From NCBI GenBank assembly GCA_001824255.1, contig MHWQ01000002.1, positions 57,298 through 121,297 on the forward strand: a DNA stretch of 64,000 bases. Direction: 5' to 3'. Below are positions 1 to 9,283 of this stretch, piece by piece; position 1 is the stretch's first letter; each line of letters begins with the position of its first letter. Both the position numbers and the translations under genes were made by a program. Below the pieces are notes generated by a model. The model saw only the letters and a program-made list of their open reading frames with translations, had not been told where the DNA came from and did no database searches. This DNA is from Candidatus Zambryskibacteria bacterium RIFCSPLOWO2_02_FULL_51_21 (lineage in GTDB: Bacteria; Patescibacteriota; Minisyncoccia; Phycocordibacterales; Zambryskibacteraceae).

Positions 1-1020
1 ACCGATTGTGGTTCTGACACCGATACTCTGGTCATTACCGTTAATCCTGCCGGTGGCGGAGGTGGTGGCGGTGGAGGCAGTGGTGGCGGTGGATCTAGCC
101 GAACACCGGGAGGCGGTTCCAGCCGTCCGCCGAGCGGGGAAGTACTCGGAGCAACAACGTCCGATTTTTGTCCATTCCTTACAGGCTACATGAGGATTGG
201 TTATGTCAACGACCCGGCTAATGTCGCGCGCCTCCAAGTTTTTCTCAATATCTATGAGGGCAGTAACCTTGCTGTGACAGGTGTCTTTGACGAAGCGACC
301 TTCCAAGCCGTGGAGGCTTTCCAACTCAAATATAAGGATGACATTTTGACTCCCTGGGGCATAAATCAGCCTACCGGCTATGTTTACATAAGGACATTGG
401 GAAAGATTAACCAAATACTCTGCGGCACGGGCATTCAGGCGGTAACACCCGCGAAAGTTATAAAGGACATCAAGCCGCAAGTGCTTGGCAAAGAAGCCGG
501 AGGCTACAAAGAAGGCGCAGGAACAAGTACTCTTTCCTCGGTGCCTATCATAGGCAGCGCAGGAAGCCCGCCTTCTAAAGGACAAAAATTCGATGATGGT
601 GGCGGAGGTTATGTGGAAAACATAGCAGCAGCCTTATTTACCTGGCCAAGTGGCGGAAGGGAGATAATGAAGTCTCTTTATGAGCTCTTACTTATACTAA
701 TTGTCCTTTATATCCTGGGCAGTGTCCTTGAAAGTGTCCTTTATAAAGACAAATTGGAGGAGGGGAAAAATGTCCCTGAGAATATTTCCAAGAAATTCTA
801 TGCCAAGTGGTGGACCATAGCGGCCGGACTTCTGGTGTCGCTGGGCGGCGCTTACTACCTTAAGGAGTGGCAGCTTCTAATGCCCCTTCTCGTAGCATTG
901 CTTGTCGTTATCGCCTGGATATTGACAAGACCTGCCAAGACCAAAGAGATGGAGAAAGAGACGGTCAAAGAAACAAAGACGCAGACCATAATGGTTACTG
1001 AGAAGGGCGAGAAGAAATAG
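1..1020 (+). CDS. 5-prime-truncated membrane protein with a peptidoglycan-binding (PG_binding_1-like) domain. A Gly-rich linker precedes the domain and C-terminal TM helices follow it.
   Basis: Frame 1 is open from nt 1 into ORF 190..1020. A GGGGGGSGGGGS linker is followed by a PG-binding motif (VNDPANVARLQVFLN...GVFDEATFQAVEAFQ) and hydrophobic C-terminal segments. Confidence 0.55.
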   Translation, partial: TDCGSDTDTLVITVNPAGGGGGGGGGSGGGGSSRTPGGGSSRPPSGEVLGATTSDFCPFLTGYMRIGYVNDPANVARLQVFLNIYEGSNLAVTGVFDEATFQAVEAFQLKYKDDILTPWGINQPTGYVYIRTLGKINQILCGTGIQAVTPAKVIKDIKPQVLGKEAGGYKEGAGTSTLSSVPIIGSAGSPPSKGQKFDDGGGGYVENIAAALFTWPSGGREIMKSLYELLLILIVLYILGSVLESVLYKDKLEEGKNVPENISKKFYAKWWTIAAGLLVSLGGAYYLKEWQLLMPLLVALLVVIAWILTRPAKTKEMEKETVKETKTQTIMVTEKGEKK

Positions 1021-2080
1021 AAAGGTTACCGCTGGCTTTGATATCCTGGCTGCTTTTAAGTATTGAAGGGTTCTTGGAGGCTTCGATATAGGCGGCGATG
1101 CCTATCATGACCGCATTATCCGTGGTAAATGATCTCTCTGGCAGTCGCAGGATAAGACCGGGAAACCCCGCGGCAAGTTCGGCGATTTTCTCTCCCAGAA
1201 GCTTGTTGGCAGACACTCCGCCCGCCACTATCAAAGTTTTTATATCTTCATCTGTGGTTTCAAGTGCTTTGCGTGTTTTCTCCACAAGCACTTCTATGGC
1301 TGCGTCCTCGAAAGCGCGGGCGATGTCTTCTTTAAGCTCTTCGCTTAATTCTCCCAAATCCCTAATTTTGTAAAGTACCGCCGTTTTGAGCCCGGAATAA
1401 GAGAAATTCAGGTCGCCGGAATTTATCATGGGGCGCGGAAACTTGAAATTTGTTTCTTGCTTCTTGTTTCTTGAAATATCGGCTAGGGTCGAGATTTTCG
1501 GTCCACCCGGATAGTGGAGGCCAAGCATCCTGGCCACTTTGTCGAAGGCCTCTCCCACGGCATCATCAAGCGTTCTGCCCAGAATCTCATAATCATCGAA
1601 ATCTCTGACCAAAACCAACTCTGTGTGCCCTCCGGACACAAGCAGGGCCAGGGCCGGCAGTTCTACCTTCCCGCCGCCAAACAAAACAGACCATATATGC
1701 CCTTTCATATGGTCAACTCCGATGACGGGTTTTTGCCATTTCTTGCTCAGCTCTTCCGCAAAAACAATACCCGCCCAGAGCGCCGGTTCGAGCCCGGGAC
1801 CAGCCGTCACGGCGATAAAATCGACCCCCTCCATCTCCCCCTTGGCAGGGGAAGTGATGCCAGCTTCTTTGAGGGTTTGCCCTAAAAGCACCGGCAGATT
1901 CTTCTGGTGTTCGCGCTTGGCGAGGGCGGGGAAGACACCGCCGTATTGTTCGTGGAGTGGCACTTGGGAAAGCAGGGTGTTACCAAGAATCTTTATATCT
2001 GGTTTTGAGAGGGGGCCAGTGATATCAAGCAAGGCCACAGCCGTCTCATCACAAGAAGTTTCTATGGAAAGAATTTTCAT
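995..2080 (-). CDS. tsaD: tRNA N6-adenosine threonylcarbamoyltransferase TsaD (Kae1/YgjD family)
   Basis: N-terminus MKILSIETSCDETAVALLD and a full-length TsaD-like ORF. Confidence 0.85.
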   Translation of the reverse strand: MKILSIETSCDETAVALLDITGPLSKPDIKILGNTLLSQVPLHEQYGGVFPALAKREHQKNLPVLLGQTLKEAGITSPAKGEMEGVDFIAVTAGPGLEPALWAGIVFAEELSKKWQKPVIGVDHMKGHIWSVLFGGGKVELPALALLVSGGHTELVLVRDFDDYEILGRTLDDAVGEAFDKVARMLGLHYPGGPKISTLADISRNKKQETNFKFPRPMINSGDLNFSYSGLKTAVLYKIRDLGELSEELKEDIARAFEDAAIEVLVEKTRKALETTDEDIKTLIVAGGVSANKLLGEKIAELAAGFPGLILRLPERSFTTDNAVMIGIAAYIEASKNPSILKSSQDIKASGNLSISSRPSQ

Positions 2081-2161
2081 ATTGGCGGAAGCGGTGAGAT
2101 TCGATTTTCTTACGGAAAATTACGGAGAAGCATAACATGCTTCTCTTCGAATCTCCCCTAG

Positions 2162-2246
2162 CGGAAGCGGTGAGATTCGAACTCACGATACCTTGCGGTA
2201 TGCCGGTTTTCGAAACCGGTGCTTTAAACCACTCAGCCACGCTTCC
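2162..2246 (-). tRNA. tRNA-Ser(CGA)
   Basis: Cloverleaf by hand: acceptor GGAAGCG/CGCTTCC, anticodon loop TTCGAAA, long variable arm, T-loop TTCGAAT, G73. Confidence 0.8.
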
Positions 2247-2301
2247 AGGCCCTAAACTCTAGCATTTTTAGGTAAAAATGTTAATATTTGAGCCGTTCAA
2301 A

Positions 2302-2375
2302 GGCCCTATCGTCTATCGGTTAGGACACAAGCTTTTCAAGCTTGGAAGCAGGGTTCGACTCCCTGTAGGGTCACC
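2302..2375 (+). tRNA. tRNA-Glu(TTC)
   Basis: Acceptor GGCCCTA/TAGGGTC, anticodon stem CAAGC/GCTTG, loop TTTTCAA, T-loop TTCGACT. Confidence 0.8.
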
Positions 2376-2518
2376 TGACGAGTCTTTGGAGCAATGTATT
2401 GGGTTTTTACCAATCCTCGCCACAATAAAAACAGAGTTTTAACATGTGGAATTTGAGACGCTCAGTTTTTAGTGTTTCTACAGAGACTTCAAACTCTACC
2501 TAATGATATTTTAAACTA

Positions 2519-3181
2519 ATGGACAAGGCCGAATACAAAGACAGATTTGACAAACTCTACAGTAATCTTCTTGGAGCATGCGCAACATTTTATGTCTGGA
2601 AGGGATTACAAGAAAAAAGTTATGAGACAACTTATAGTCGAGCAATATATTTCTGGTCAGCAACCTTACTTGCATTGCAGAACGAGTGGCTTCTAAGTCT
2701 AGCAAAGTGTTTTGAGGAATCTAGTTTTAGTAAAAACAACAAGGTAATCTCTGTTTATGCGCTGATAAAGCATCATCCTGATTTTGCACGTGCCAAGAAA
2801 TTGGATGATTTTCTAAATAAACATAAAAAAGTAATTGGGCCGATTTCTAGGTTACGAGATAATCAATTAGCCCACCTTAATGCAAAGCACTTAAAGAATC
2901 CAGCAAAACTGCTCAAAAAATTTCCTATTGATTACGGGGAAGTTGAAGATTTGTTGAATGATTTTCCTAATCTAATTTCGCTCTTAAATCCAGAACCTGG
3001 AATTGGGTATGGATTAGACAATTACATAAAAGTTCCTGTATATGAAGCGAAACATGTCATGACTCAAATCCAATACTTTAACCAGCTAGAAAAGGAACAT
3101 TTAGATAGGTTTGTTACAGGAGAAATTGATGACCCTAATTTCCCTCCAATTAAAAATAATACAAGACACTTACCTAGCTAG
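2519..3181 (+). CDS. Hypothetical protein with a possible HEPN-type Rx5H motif (RDNQLAH). It could be an Abi or RNase-like defence protein.
   Basis: 220-aa ORF in the AT-rich islet, carrying an R-x5-H motif and predicted mostly alpha-helical. Family assignment is by motif only. Confidence 0.5.
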   Translation: MDKAEYKDRFDKLYSNLLGACATFYVWKGLQEKSYETTYSRAIYFWSATLLALQNEWLLSLAKCFEESSFSKNNKVISVYALIKHHPDFARAKKLDDFLNKHKKVIGPISRLRDNQLAHLNAKHLKNPAKLLKKFPIDYGEVEDLLNDFPNLISLLNPEPGIGYGLDNYIKVPVYEAKHVMTQIQYFNQLEKEHLDRFVTGEIDDPNFPPIKNNTRHLPS

Positions 3182-3706
3182 ATATTTCTTGAGCACAAGC
3201 ATATTCTCCTTAAAAGGCTCCTCAAAAGCGACATATAGGAATACAGCCCTAACAAGGGAGGTAATCAAAGGTATAGATACGATAGAGACGACAACCGCAA
3301 TTAGCACATCCCACCAAGTTCCATAATATTCTTTTCTCTCTAAGACGATCTCATAATTTTTAGAGAATGAGTGTATTTTTGTCTCAGCCTGATACTTAGC
3401 GTAAGCAGTATAGAACTCATCTGAAGTCAGTGTGGGGTTAGAACATGCAAATCTTGCCATAGCCCTACCGCTGTCATCGTCAATGTCCGTGTTTGAGTAA
3501 TTTAGCTCAGCTCCAGTAAAATTCCCTCTAAGAGTGCCGTCTGCGCACTTTAACCTGTAGCCACTGCTGTAAGTATTTAGCTCAGGAATGGAGGCTATGA
3601 TGGAAGCCACTCCTATCCCTATTGAGATAATGACGAATAGGCAGAAGACCACTTGGACCAGCCTATACCACCATCTGTCTTGTTTCTTCATATATCTAAC
3701 ATACAC
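3170..3706 (-). CDS. Hypothetical two-TM membrane protein encoded by the islet
   Basis: 178-aa ORF with N- and C-terminal hydrophobic helices flanking a polar domain. It converges on the 2519..3181 gene with a 12-nt overlap. Confidence 0.45.
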   Translation of the reverse strand: MYVRYMKKQDRWWYRLVQVVFCLFVIISIGIGVASIIASIPELNTYSSGYRLKCADGTLRGNFTGAELNYSNTDIDDDSGRAMARFACSNPTLTSDEFYTAYAKYQAETKIHSFSKNYEIVLERKEYYGTWWDVLIAVVVSIVSIPLITSLVRAVFLYVAFEEPFKENMLVLKKYLAR

Positions 3707-3935
3707 TTAATTTTTAATTTTTCCATTACAGGTTATTCAGCCTCGTTTTTTCAAAGTTGGCCATTATATTGCCTAGCTGGGAAAAGAACAGCACAAGGAG
3801 TTTTGAATCTGGTATTGTTAGGGTCACATGCTATTTGATTTACAACTTAATAGTTAGTAATCTAGGGTCAGAAGCGCCACCGGCGCAAGCCGATTTCTCA
3901 AATCTGACTCATTTCGAAAAAGGAGAAATAGAAAT

Positions 3936-4223
3936 ATGGATACCAAGCAGTCCTGTACCGACCTCTTGTGTTCCGAACTGGCGATTCTCAAACTGCTTGC
4001 TAGCGTGGGAGGATACGTGGTCAGCCAGGACGGCTACTGGCGCGTAGCCTACTCGCTTCAGTCGGCGCTTGCAGAGAGTGAGAGCGGGCGGATACGGTGC
4101 CCAGAAACCATCCCCAATCTCATCAGACACGGCTTTCTGCGGACGACTCGGGAGAACTCCAAGGTTTGGGAGATCAACGATACGGGCCGCTTGGCCGCAG
4201 CCAAACAGCTCTCCGCACCCTGA
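3936..4223 (+). CDS. Hypothetical small protein (95 aa)
   Basis: An AAAGGAG RBS lies 7-12 nt upstream and a strong terminator follows. Confidence 0.5.
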   Translation: MDTKQSCTDLLCSELAILKLLASVGGYVVSQDGYWRVAYSLQSALAESESGRIRCPETIPNLIRHGFLRTTRENSKVWEINDTGRLAAAKQLSAP

Positions 4224-4243
4224 TACAATCGCGGTTTCTAAAC

Positions 4244-4277
4244 GCCCCGTCGCTCGCGAGCGACGGGGCTTTCTTAT
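4244..4277 (+). terminator. Rho-independent terminator
   Basis: GCCCCGTCGCTCG/CGAGCGACGGGGC stem followed by TTTCTTATT. Confidence 0.7.
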
Positions 4278-4310
4278 TCGTAATTCGTATATTAATATGT
4301 ATTCGCTTAA

Positions 4311-4383
4311 GCGCGGTTAGCTCAGTTGGTAGAGCATCCCCTTGACGTGGGGAGGGTCAGAGGTTCGAGTCCTCTATCGCGCA
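4311..4383 (+). tRNA. tRNA-Val(GAC)
   Basis: Acceptor GCGCGGT/ATCGCGC, anticodon stem TCCCC/GGGGA, loop TTGACGT. Confidence 0.8.
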
Positions 4384-4484
4384 CAGTAATCAAAACTCGG
4401 CCGTAACGTCTTCTTTACCAGACATTTACAGGTCTTTATCCGCGTGATAAAGTCCTGTGCGGAAGTTCATCAGAAGGAGGATGT

Positions 4485-5231
4485 GTGAAGAATATCTTTG
4501 TGTTCGTGATAGTGGTCCTCGCCGCCGCTTCAAGCGCCGCAGCCCAGGCACTGCCCTTCACCAAAGGCATGGTGACCAAGGAATCGTATGCGAAAGCGCT
4601 GGAGCTGAACGATCGCAAGGTGCTCAATGTCGATTGCCGCCAGATACTCACGGCCTTCAACCAGGCCTTCAGCGAGAGGCTGCAGTACCATTTCGAGGAC
4701 TGTAAGTCGCTTGCCGGCTACTTCCGACGGCTCGACGAAAAACCACTGCCACAGCAGAAGATGCATTTTGGCAGAATCCTGCCGAACGGCAACGTAGACC
4801 TTGAGGGTTTCAGCCGGGAGGCGCTCTTGGGGGAGATGGGACTCTTCGACAACCAATCCGGCATCTACCCTGTCTCGCTCATGTGCGGCAATCTCACTCC
4901 CGACAAATTGCCGGCGCCGACCTACACCACTCTGACGACAGAAGAAGAGAAACCGGCAGCACAGCCGTCCTCACCGCCGCCGACACCTGTGCCCGCGCCT
5001 TCTATTGCAGCAGCAGCGGCTCAGCAGGCAGCGGCGGCTTCAGCGTCGCCGACCATCTTCAAGCCGCAGCCGTCCTCAAGAAGCCGCAGCTGGTATGACC
5101 CGAGAGGTAAGAAGGGGGTACTATTCTGGGGTGCCGTCGGGACCGGAATTGTGGTCGCAGCTTGCAACGTCCCCGAACCGCGCTGCTTCACAAGCATGAT
5201 GACGGTCACCCAGACCGTCATCATGCAGTAA
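4485..5231 (+). CDS. Secreted hypothetical protein with a Sec signal peptide and a Pro/Ala-rich segment
   Basis: GTG start 4 nt after AGGAGG. Signal peptide MKNIFVFVIVVLAAASSAAAQA. Confidence 0.55.
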   Translation: MKNIFVFVIVVLAAASSAAAQALPFTKGMVTKESYAKALELNDRKVLNVDCRQILTAFNQAFSERLQYHFEDCKSLAGYFRRLDEKPLPQQKMHFGRILPNGNVDLEGFSREALLGEMGLFDNQSGIYPVSLMCGNLTPDKLPAPTYTTLTTEEEKPAAQPSSPPPTPVPAPSIAAAAAQQAAAASASPTIFKPQPSSRSRSWYDPRGKKGVLFWGAVGTGIVVAACNVPEPRCFTSMMTVTQTVIMQ

Positions 5232-5280
5232 CCAAAAAGAGGCGTTTCGACCCATGTCGGAACGCCTCTACTCATTTGAA

Positions 5281-6198
5281 TTATTTCGCGTGGAGGTGGA
5301 GGTAAATATCCTCAAGCGCCTTCACCGCGTCGCCCGCGGCAATGTTGTTCTGATGATAGAGTCCGTCGGTCGAATCGCCGGCCGCCCAGACGCCCGCCGC
5401 GGAAGTTAATTGAGTTTTCGGGTCCACAACAATCTGTCCGATTTTATTCATATCCACGAGCCCTTCGGCGAAGTAAGTCGTCGGCACGAGGCCGATTTCG
5501 ACGAAAATACCAGAGACTTTGAGTTCATGTTCTCCATCGGCATTTTGATATATCAAGGTATTCACAAACTTATCGCCTCTGATTTCTTTCGGCGCGGCAT
5601 CCATGACGGACTTCATCTTTGGATGGGAGAGCACTTTCTCGACTGTGGACGGGTCGGCCTTGAAAGCGTTTGAACGGTTGAGGAGCGTTACGGAATTAGC
5701 GTAATTTAAAAGTTGAGCGGCCGTTTCGAAGGCGGCATTGCCGCCGCCTATGACCGCCACATCCTGTCCGGCGAAAACGGGGCCGTCACAGGAAGCGCAA
5801 TAGGAAATACCCTTGTTCTCGAATTCCTTCGCTCCCGGTATATCGAGCTTTCTCCTAGTCGAGCCGGTGGCTACCAGAACCGTTTTGGCTGAATATGCTT
5901 TGCCTTTTTCCGTCTCAATCTGGAAATTGCCGGAAGCTCCAGAAATTTTCTTCACCTTATTGCCCAAATCGATTTCGACGAATTCTCCCGCATAGTGCCG
6001 CAAATGCTCCTCGAGCATTTTGCCGAATTCCACGCCGGGGATGGACTTCCAGCCAATCCAGTTCTCAATGCCTTGGGACTCCGTTGACTGCCCGCCGAAA
6101 GACTCGGTGATTAAAATTGTTTTGAGACGCTTTCGGGCCGCGTAAACGCCGGCGGCTACGCCGGCGGGACCTCCGCCTATGATTGCGAGATCAAACAT
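5281..6198 (-). CDS. trxB: Thioredoxin-disulfide reductase
   Basis: GGGPAG FAD motif, CASCDG redox motif and GGGNAA NADPH motif. Confidence 0.85.
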   Translation of the reverse strand: MFDLAIIGGGPAGVAAGVYAARKRLKTILITESFGGQSTESQGIENWIGWKSIPGVEFGKMLEEHLRHYAGEFVEIDLGNKVKKISGASGNFQIETEKGKAYSAKTVLVATGSTRRKLDIPGAKEFENKGISYCASCDGPVFAGQDVAVIGGGNAAFETAAQLLNYANSVTLLNRSNAFKADPSTVEKVLSHPKMKSVMDAAPKEIRGDKFVNTLIYQNADGEHELKVSGIFVEIGLVPTTYFAEGLVDMNKIGQIVVDPKTQLTSAAGVWAAGDSTDGLYHQNNIAAGDAVKALEDIYLHLHAK

Positions 6199-6207
6199 TC
6201 TTCTATT

Positions 6208-7380
6208 CTACTTTAATTTGCTTCTTCGGAGAAATGCCGGCACGGCGCTCCAATCATCGTCTTCATCATCCTTGGCCGCTGGAGCGGGGGCCGGAATGGG
6301 TTTCTTGATATCAGTTTCTTTGGCAGGAGATTTCTCGAGGGAGTTGAAGATGCGTCCCTTGCCGCGCTCTTCATCCTGGCCGAAAGTTTGGAAGAGGTTC
6401 GCAGAAGCTTTCTTGCCTATGTTCGACTCGGGGAAATTCGAGGCAATGACGGTAATCTTCAGTTCGCCCTTCTTCAGGCGCTCGTCACGCACGGTGCCGA
6501 AGATAATCTTGGCATTCGGGTCCACGGACTCGGTGATGACCTTGGCGGCATCTTGAATTTCGAACATGGTGAGGTCGTCTCCTCCGGCGATGGAGAAGAG
6601 CACTCCCTTGGCTCCGTTGATAGAGATTTCGAGCAGGGGCGAGGAGATGGCGGCTTTGGCGGCATCCGTAGCTCGATTCTCGCCAGAGGCTGTACCGATG
6701 CCCATGAGGGCGGCGCCGGCGTTCTCCATGACGGAACGGATGTCGGCGAAGTCTATATTGATAATGCCCGGAGTGGTGATGAGGTCCGAGATGCCCTCGA
6801 CCGCTTCCTTCAAAATGTTGTCGCAGATGGCGAAGGCGTTCTTGGCGGTAATATTTTTCTCAACAGTCTGGAGCAGTCGGTCGTTAGGGATGACTATAAG
6901 GGCGTCCACCGCTTGGCGCAGCTCCTCAATGCCTTGTTCGGCGAATTTCATCCTCTGCTGGCCTTCGAAGAAGAAGGGTTTGGTGACGACGGCCACAGTG
7001 AGGCAGCCGTTTTCCTTGGCAGTGTGGGCAATGATGGGAGCCGCGCCCGTGCCGGTGCCTCCGCCCATGCCGCAGGCGATGAATATCATATCCGCTCCTT
7101 TGATAGATTCCTGGACTTCTTCTTTAGTTTCCTCAATGGCGCGCTTGCCGAGCTCCGGATTCATGCCGGTGCCGAGGCCCTTTGTGAGGTTCTTGCCGAT
7201 GTGAATTTTCTTCTTGGCTAGGGAATTGTGGAGGTCCTGGACATCGGTATTAACCGCGATAAATTCAACCCCTTTGACCTTGGAGTTAATCATGTGGTTT
7301 ACCGTATTTTTGCCCGAGCCGCCGACGCCGATGACCTTGATTCTCGCGAACGATTCTACTTCTGGTTTGATTTGTGGCAT
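6208..7380 (-). CDS. ftsZ: Cell division GTPase FtsZ
   Basis: GGGTGTG tubulin signature, with GVGGSGKN upstream. Confidence 0.9.
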   Translation of the reverse strand: MPQIKPEVESFARIKVIGVGGSGKNTVNHMINSKVKGVEFIAVNTDVQDLHNSLAKKKIHIGKNLTKGLGTGMNPELGKRAIEETKEEVQESIKGADMIFIACGMGGGTGTGAAPIIAHTAKENGCLTVAVVTKPFFFEGQQRMKFAEQGIEELRQAVDALIVIPNDRLLQTVEKNITAKNAFAICDNILKEAVEGISDLITTPGIINIDFADIRSVMENAGAALMGIGTASGENRATDAAKAAISSPLLEISINGAKGVLFSIAGGDDLTMFEIQDAAKVITESVDPNAKIIFGTVRDERLKKGELKITVIASNFPESNIGKKASANLFQTFGQDEERGKGRIFNSLEKSPAKETDIKKPIPAPAPAAKDDEDDDWSAVPAFLRRSKLK

Positions 7381-7487
7381 GCGCTTTTCTTTATGATTGG
7401 GCCTATCTTACCCAAACGGTTTGCAAAAGGGAAGCAATAGACAAAAATCCGTAAATGTGTCGCCAAAAATTCAATAACATTGAATTT

Positions 7488-8690
7488 TTAGGGCAGAATC
7501 TGGGAAATCAGGCGAGAGATTTTCTGCCAGAGACCTCGTCCGCCCAATGGCAGGAGGCGGCCCTTGCTCCCGCCGCCAAAGCCGTTTCTCTCGCCGGAAT
7601 TGAAGCCGAGCAGAGAGAGCCCGCAGGCGGTGGCCCAAATATTGTCTCGCATGCGATTCTTCTCGCTTGTGCCGAAGTGGATTTCCGCGACGCGCGCGGG
7701 GAGGCCCAGGAATTCTTCCGCAAATATTCTGGCTCCCCCAAGCGAGGCCGTACCGCCGGTGAGGATGATACCCGCCGGCAGGAGCGCGTCTCGGCCAATT
7801 TTCTTCAAATGATTTTCGATGAGCTCGAAGCAGTCGCCGAGACGGGCGGAAACTGTTTCCTCAAGCTTCTTTTTGGAATAAGCGGCGCGGGCGAGGCCGC
7901 CGAGCTTTATATTCTCGGCATCTTCGAGGGAGAGCTTGAGCCCCAGAGCGATGTCATTGGTAATGTCGTTCCCGCCGACGGGGAAGACCTCGAGGGAAAC
8001 AGGATTCCCGTTCTCGAAGACGATAACCGACATAGTTTCGGCCCCGATGTCGGCCAGGAGACAGCCGACGCGGCGTTCTTTCTTCGACACTGTGACGAAA
8101 CTTGCCGCCACCGGTGACGCCACCGCGTCCACCACCTCAAGCCCCGCCGTCTCGACGGCCTTGATAAGCTCCGCCAAGTGATGTTCGAGCCCGGTGATGA
8201 AAAGCGCTTTGGTCTCAAGCTTCTGCGCCTTGAGCCCCAGGGCCTCGCCCCAGACGGCATGGCCGTCAATCTTGTGTTCGATAGGCACGGTATTGATAAT
8301 CCGCTTGTTCAAAATTGCCGAAGCGGGGATGGCCGCTTCAGCCGTCTCGAGCGCGGCGGCAAGGTCCCGCTCCGTAATCTCCATGTCGGCGCGGGAAATG
8401 GCCGTCGAGCCCTCGCTCTTAATGCTCCCGAGCCCTATGCCGCCGAAGGAAATGTAGGCGCGCCGAGCCTTCACGCCGGCGGTCTTCTCCGCGCGGCTTA
8501 CCGCGAGCCGGATGCTCTCGGCCGCTTCACTCGCGTTTATTATGTAGCCCCGCTCGAGCCCTTTCGACTCGGCAGAGCCCGCCCCGATAATCTTCGGCGA
8601 GAAGCGGCCCTGCTCGTAAACACCCTCGGCAATGATTGCTTTGACTTGAGAGGTGCCTATGTCTATGCCGACTGTGATTTGACGAGCCAC
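7488..8690 (-). CDS. ftsA: Cell division protein FtsA
   Basis: N-terminus MARQITVGIDIGTSQVKAI with actin-like ATPase motifs. It lies upstream of ftsZ on the same strand. Confidence 0.8.
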   Translation of the reverse strand: MARQITVGIDIGTSQVKAIIAEGVYEQGRFSPKIIGAGSAESKGLERGYIINASEAAESIRLAVSRAEKTAGVKARRAYISFGGIGLGSIKSEGSTAISRADMEITERDLAAALETAEAAIPASAILNKRIINTVPIEHKIDGHAVWGEALGLKAQKLETKALFITGLEHHLAELIKAVETAGLEVVDAVASPVAASFVTVSKKERRVGCLLADIGAETMSVIVFENGNPVSLEVFPVGGNDITNDIALGLKLSLEDAENIKLGGLARAAYSKKKLEETVSARLGDCFELIENHLKKIGRDALLPAGIILTGGTASLGGARIFAEEFLGLPARVAEIHFGTSEKNRMRDNIWATACGLSLLGFNSGERNGFGGGSKGRLLPLGGRGLWQKISRLISQILP

Positions 8691-8986
8691 TTTTTTAGAA
8701 GTTGTTTCTCAACTTTCTCCATCTTACTGCCATGTCGCATTCCTTTCAAATGGAGGCAGCCGTGGATGAAGAGGTGAGCAGGCGAAAATTCACCGATTTT
8801 CGACAGATTTATGAAAATTTCCCCCGAATTTTTCGAGAGAGGAAAGCTCAGAACGTTTGTTGGCTTGTCCTTGCCACGATAAATCCGGTTCAGTTTTCTG
8901 GAAAGGGCATTGCCACAGAAAACAAGAGAAAGTTCGTATTTTTTTCCCAAAATCTCATCCTTTATTTTTTTGAACTTCGGATTCAA
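8663..8986 (-). CDS. ybeY: Endoribonuclease YbeY, probably with a TTG start immediately after the rpsU stop
   Basis: RGKDKPTNVLSFP and HLFIHGCLHLKGMRH (H3xH5xH) motifs. The longer 8663..9259 ORF N-terminus is an out-of-frame overlap with rpsU. Confidence 0.65.
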   Translation of the reverse strand: MNPKFKKIKDEILGKKYELSLVFCGNALSRKLNRIYRGKDKPTNVLSFPLSKNSGEIFINLSKIGEFSPAHLFIHGCLHLKGMRHGSKMEKVEKQLLKKWLVKSQSA

Positions 8987-8988
8987 AT

Positions 8989-9240
8989 TTATTTCCTGCG
9001 CTTTGAGAATTTCGAAACCTCGGCCAGCTTGCCCTGCTTCACAAGTTCGGCGGTAACTTCTTTCTTCTTCAAATATTCGAGCGTCTTGGCGCGACGCACG
9101 TTCTCGGACTTCTTGCGCTCGGAGTAGCGCTTGGAGCGGACGCGCGGGAGGATGCCCGCGGCTTGGACCTTCTTGGTAAAGCGGCGAAGCACGCCGAGAT
9201 TGTTCTCGTTCGCTCCTCGCTCCACCTCTATATTGACCAT
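8989..9240 (-). CDS. rpsU: 30S ribosomal protein S21 with a K/R-rich C-terminal extension
   Basis: LRRFTKKVQAAGIL...RSKRYSERKKSE...RRAK. The start is taken at internal MVNIEV. Confidence 0.7.
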   Translation of the reverse strand: MVNIEVERGANENNLGVLRRFTKKVQAAGILPRVRSKRYSERKKSENVRRAKTLEYLKKKEVTAELVKQGKLAEVSKFSKRRK

Positions 9241-9283
9241 TGCTTGCATAGGCGGACAATTTAACACAACAGCGTAAATTTGT

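Larger units (their letters stand above)
2376..3830. mobile_element. Putative integrated AT-rich islet at the tRNA-Glu 3-prime end, with no integrase. It is bounded by an imperfect direct repeat of the tRNA end (CTGTAGGGTCACCTG vs TTGTTAGGGTCACATG).
   Basis: Composition drops sharply to roughly 33-35% GC between 2380 and 3850, against about 55% in the flanks. TAGGGTCAC at 2366-2374 recurs at 3819-3827 and partly at 3863-3870. The two cargo genes have no Shine-Dalgarno sequence. Confidence 0.45.

Noticed and set aside
2049-2240. 63-aa minus-strand ORF
   Set aside because: It lies entirely over tRNA-Ser(CGA).
6388-7221. Long antisense ORFs within ftsZ, gyrA, smc, mrdA and dnaE (e.g. 6388..7221, 16637..17617, 42326..43789, 30448..31923, 36597..37427)
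   Set aside because: These are typical stop-poor antisense frames of GC-rich genes. They have no start context or independent motifs and are fully contained in well-supported genes.
8987-9259. N-terminal 90 aa of ORF 8663..9259 (Arg-rich sequence)
   Set aside because: It is the alternate reading frame of the Lys-rich rpsU gene. The YbeY homology begins only after the S21 stop.
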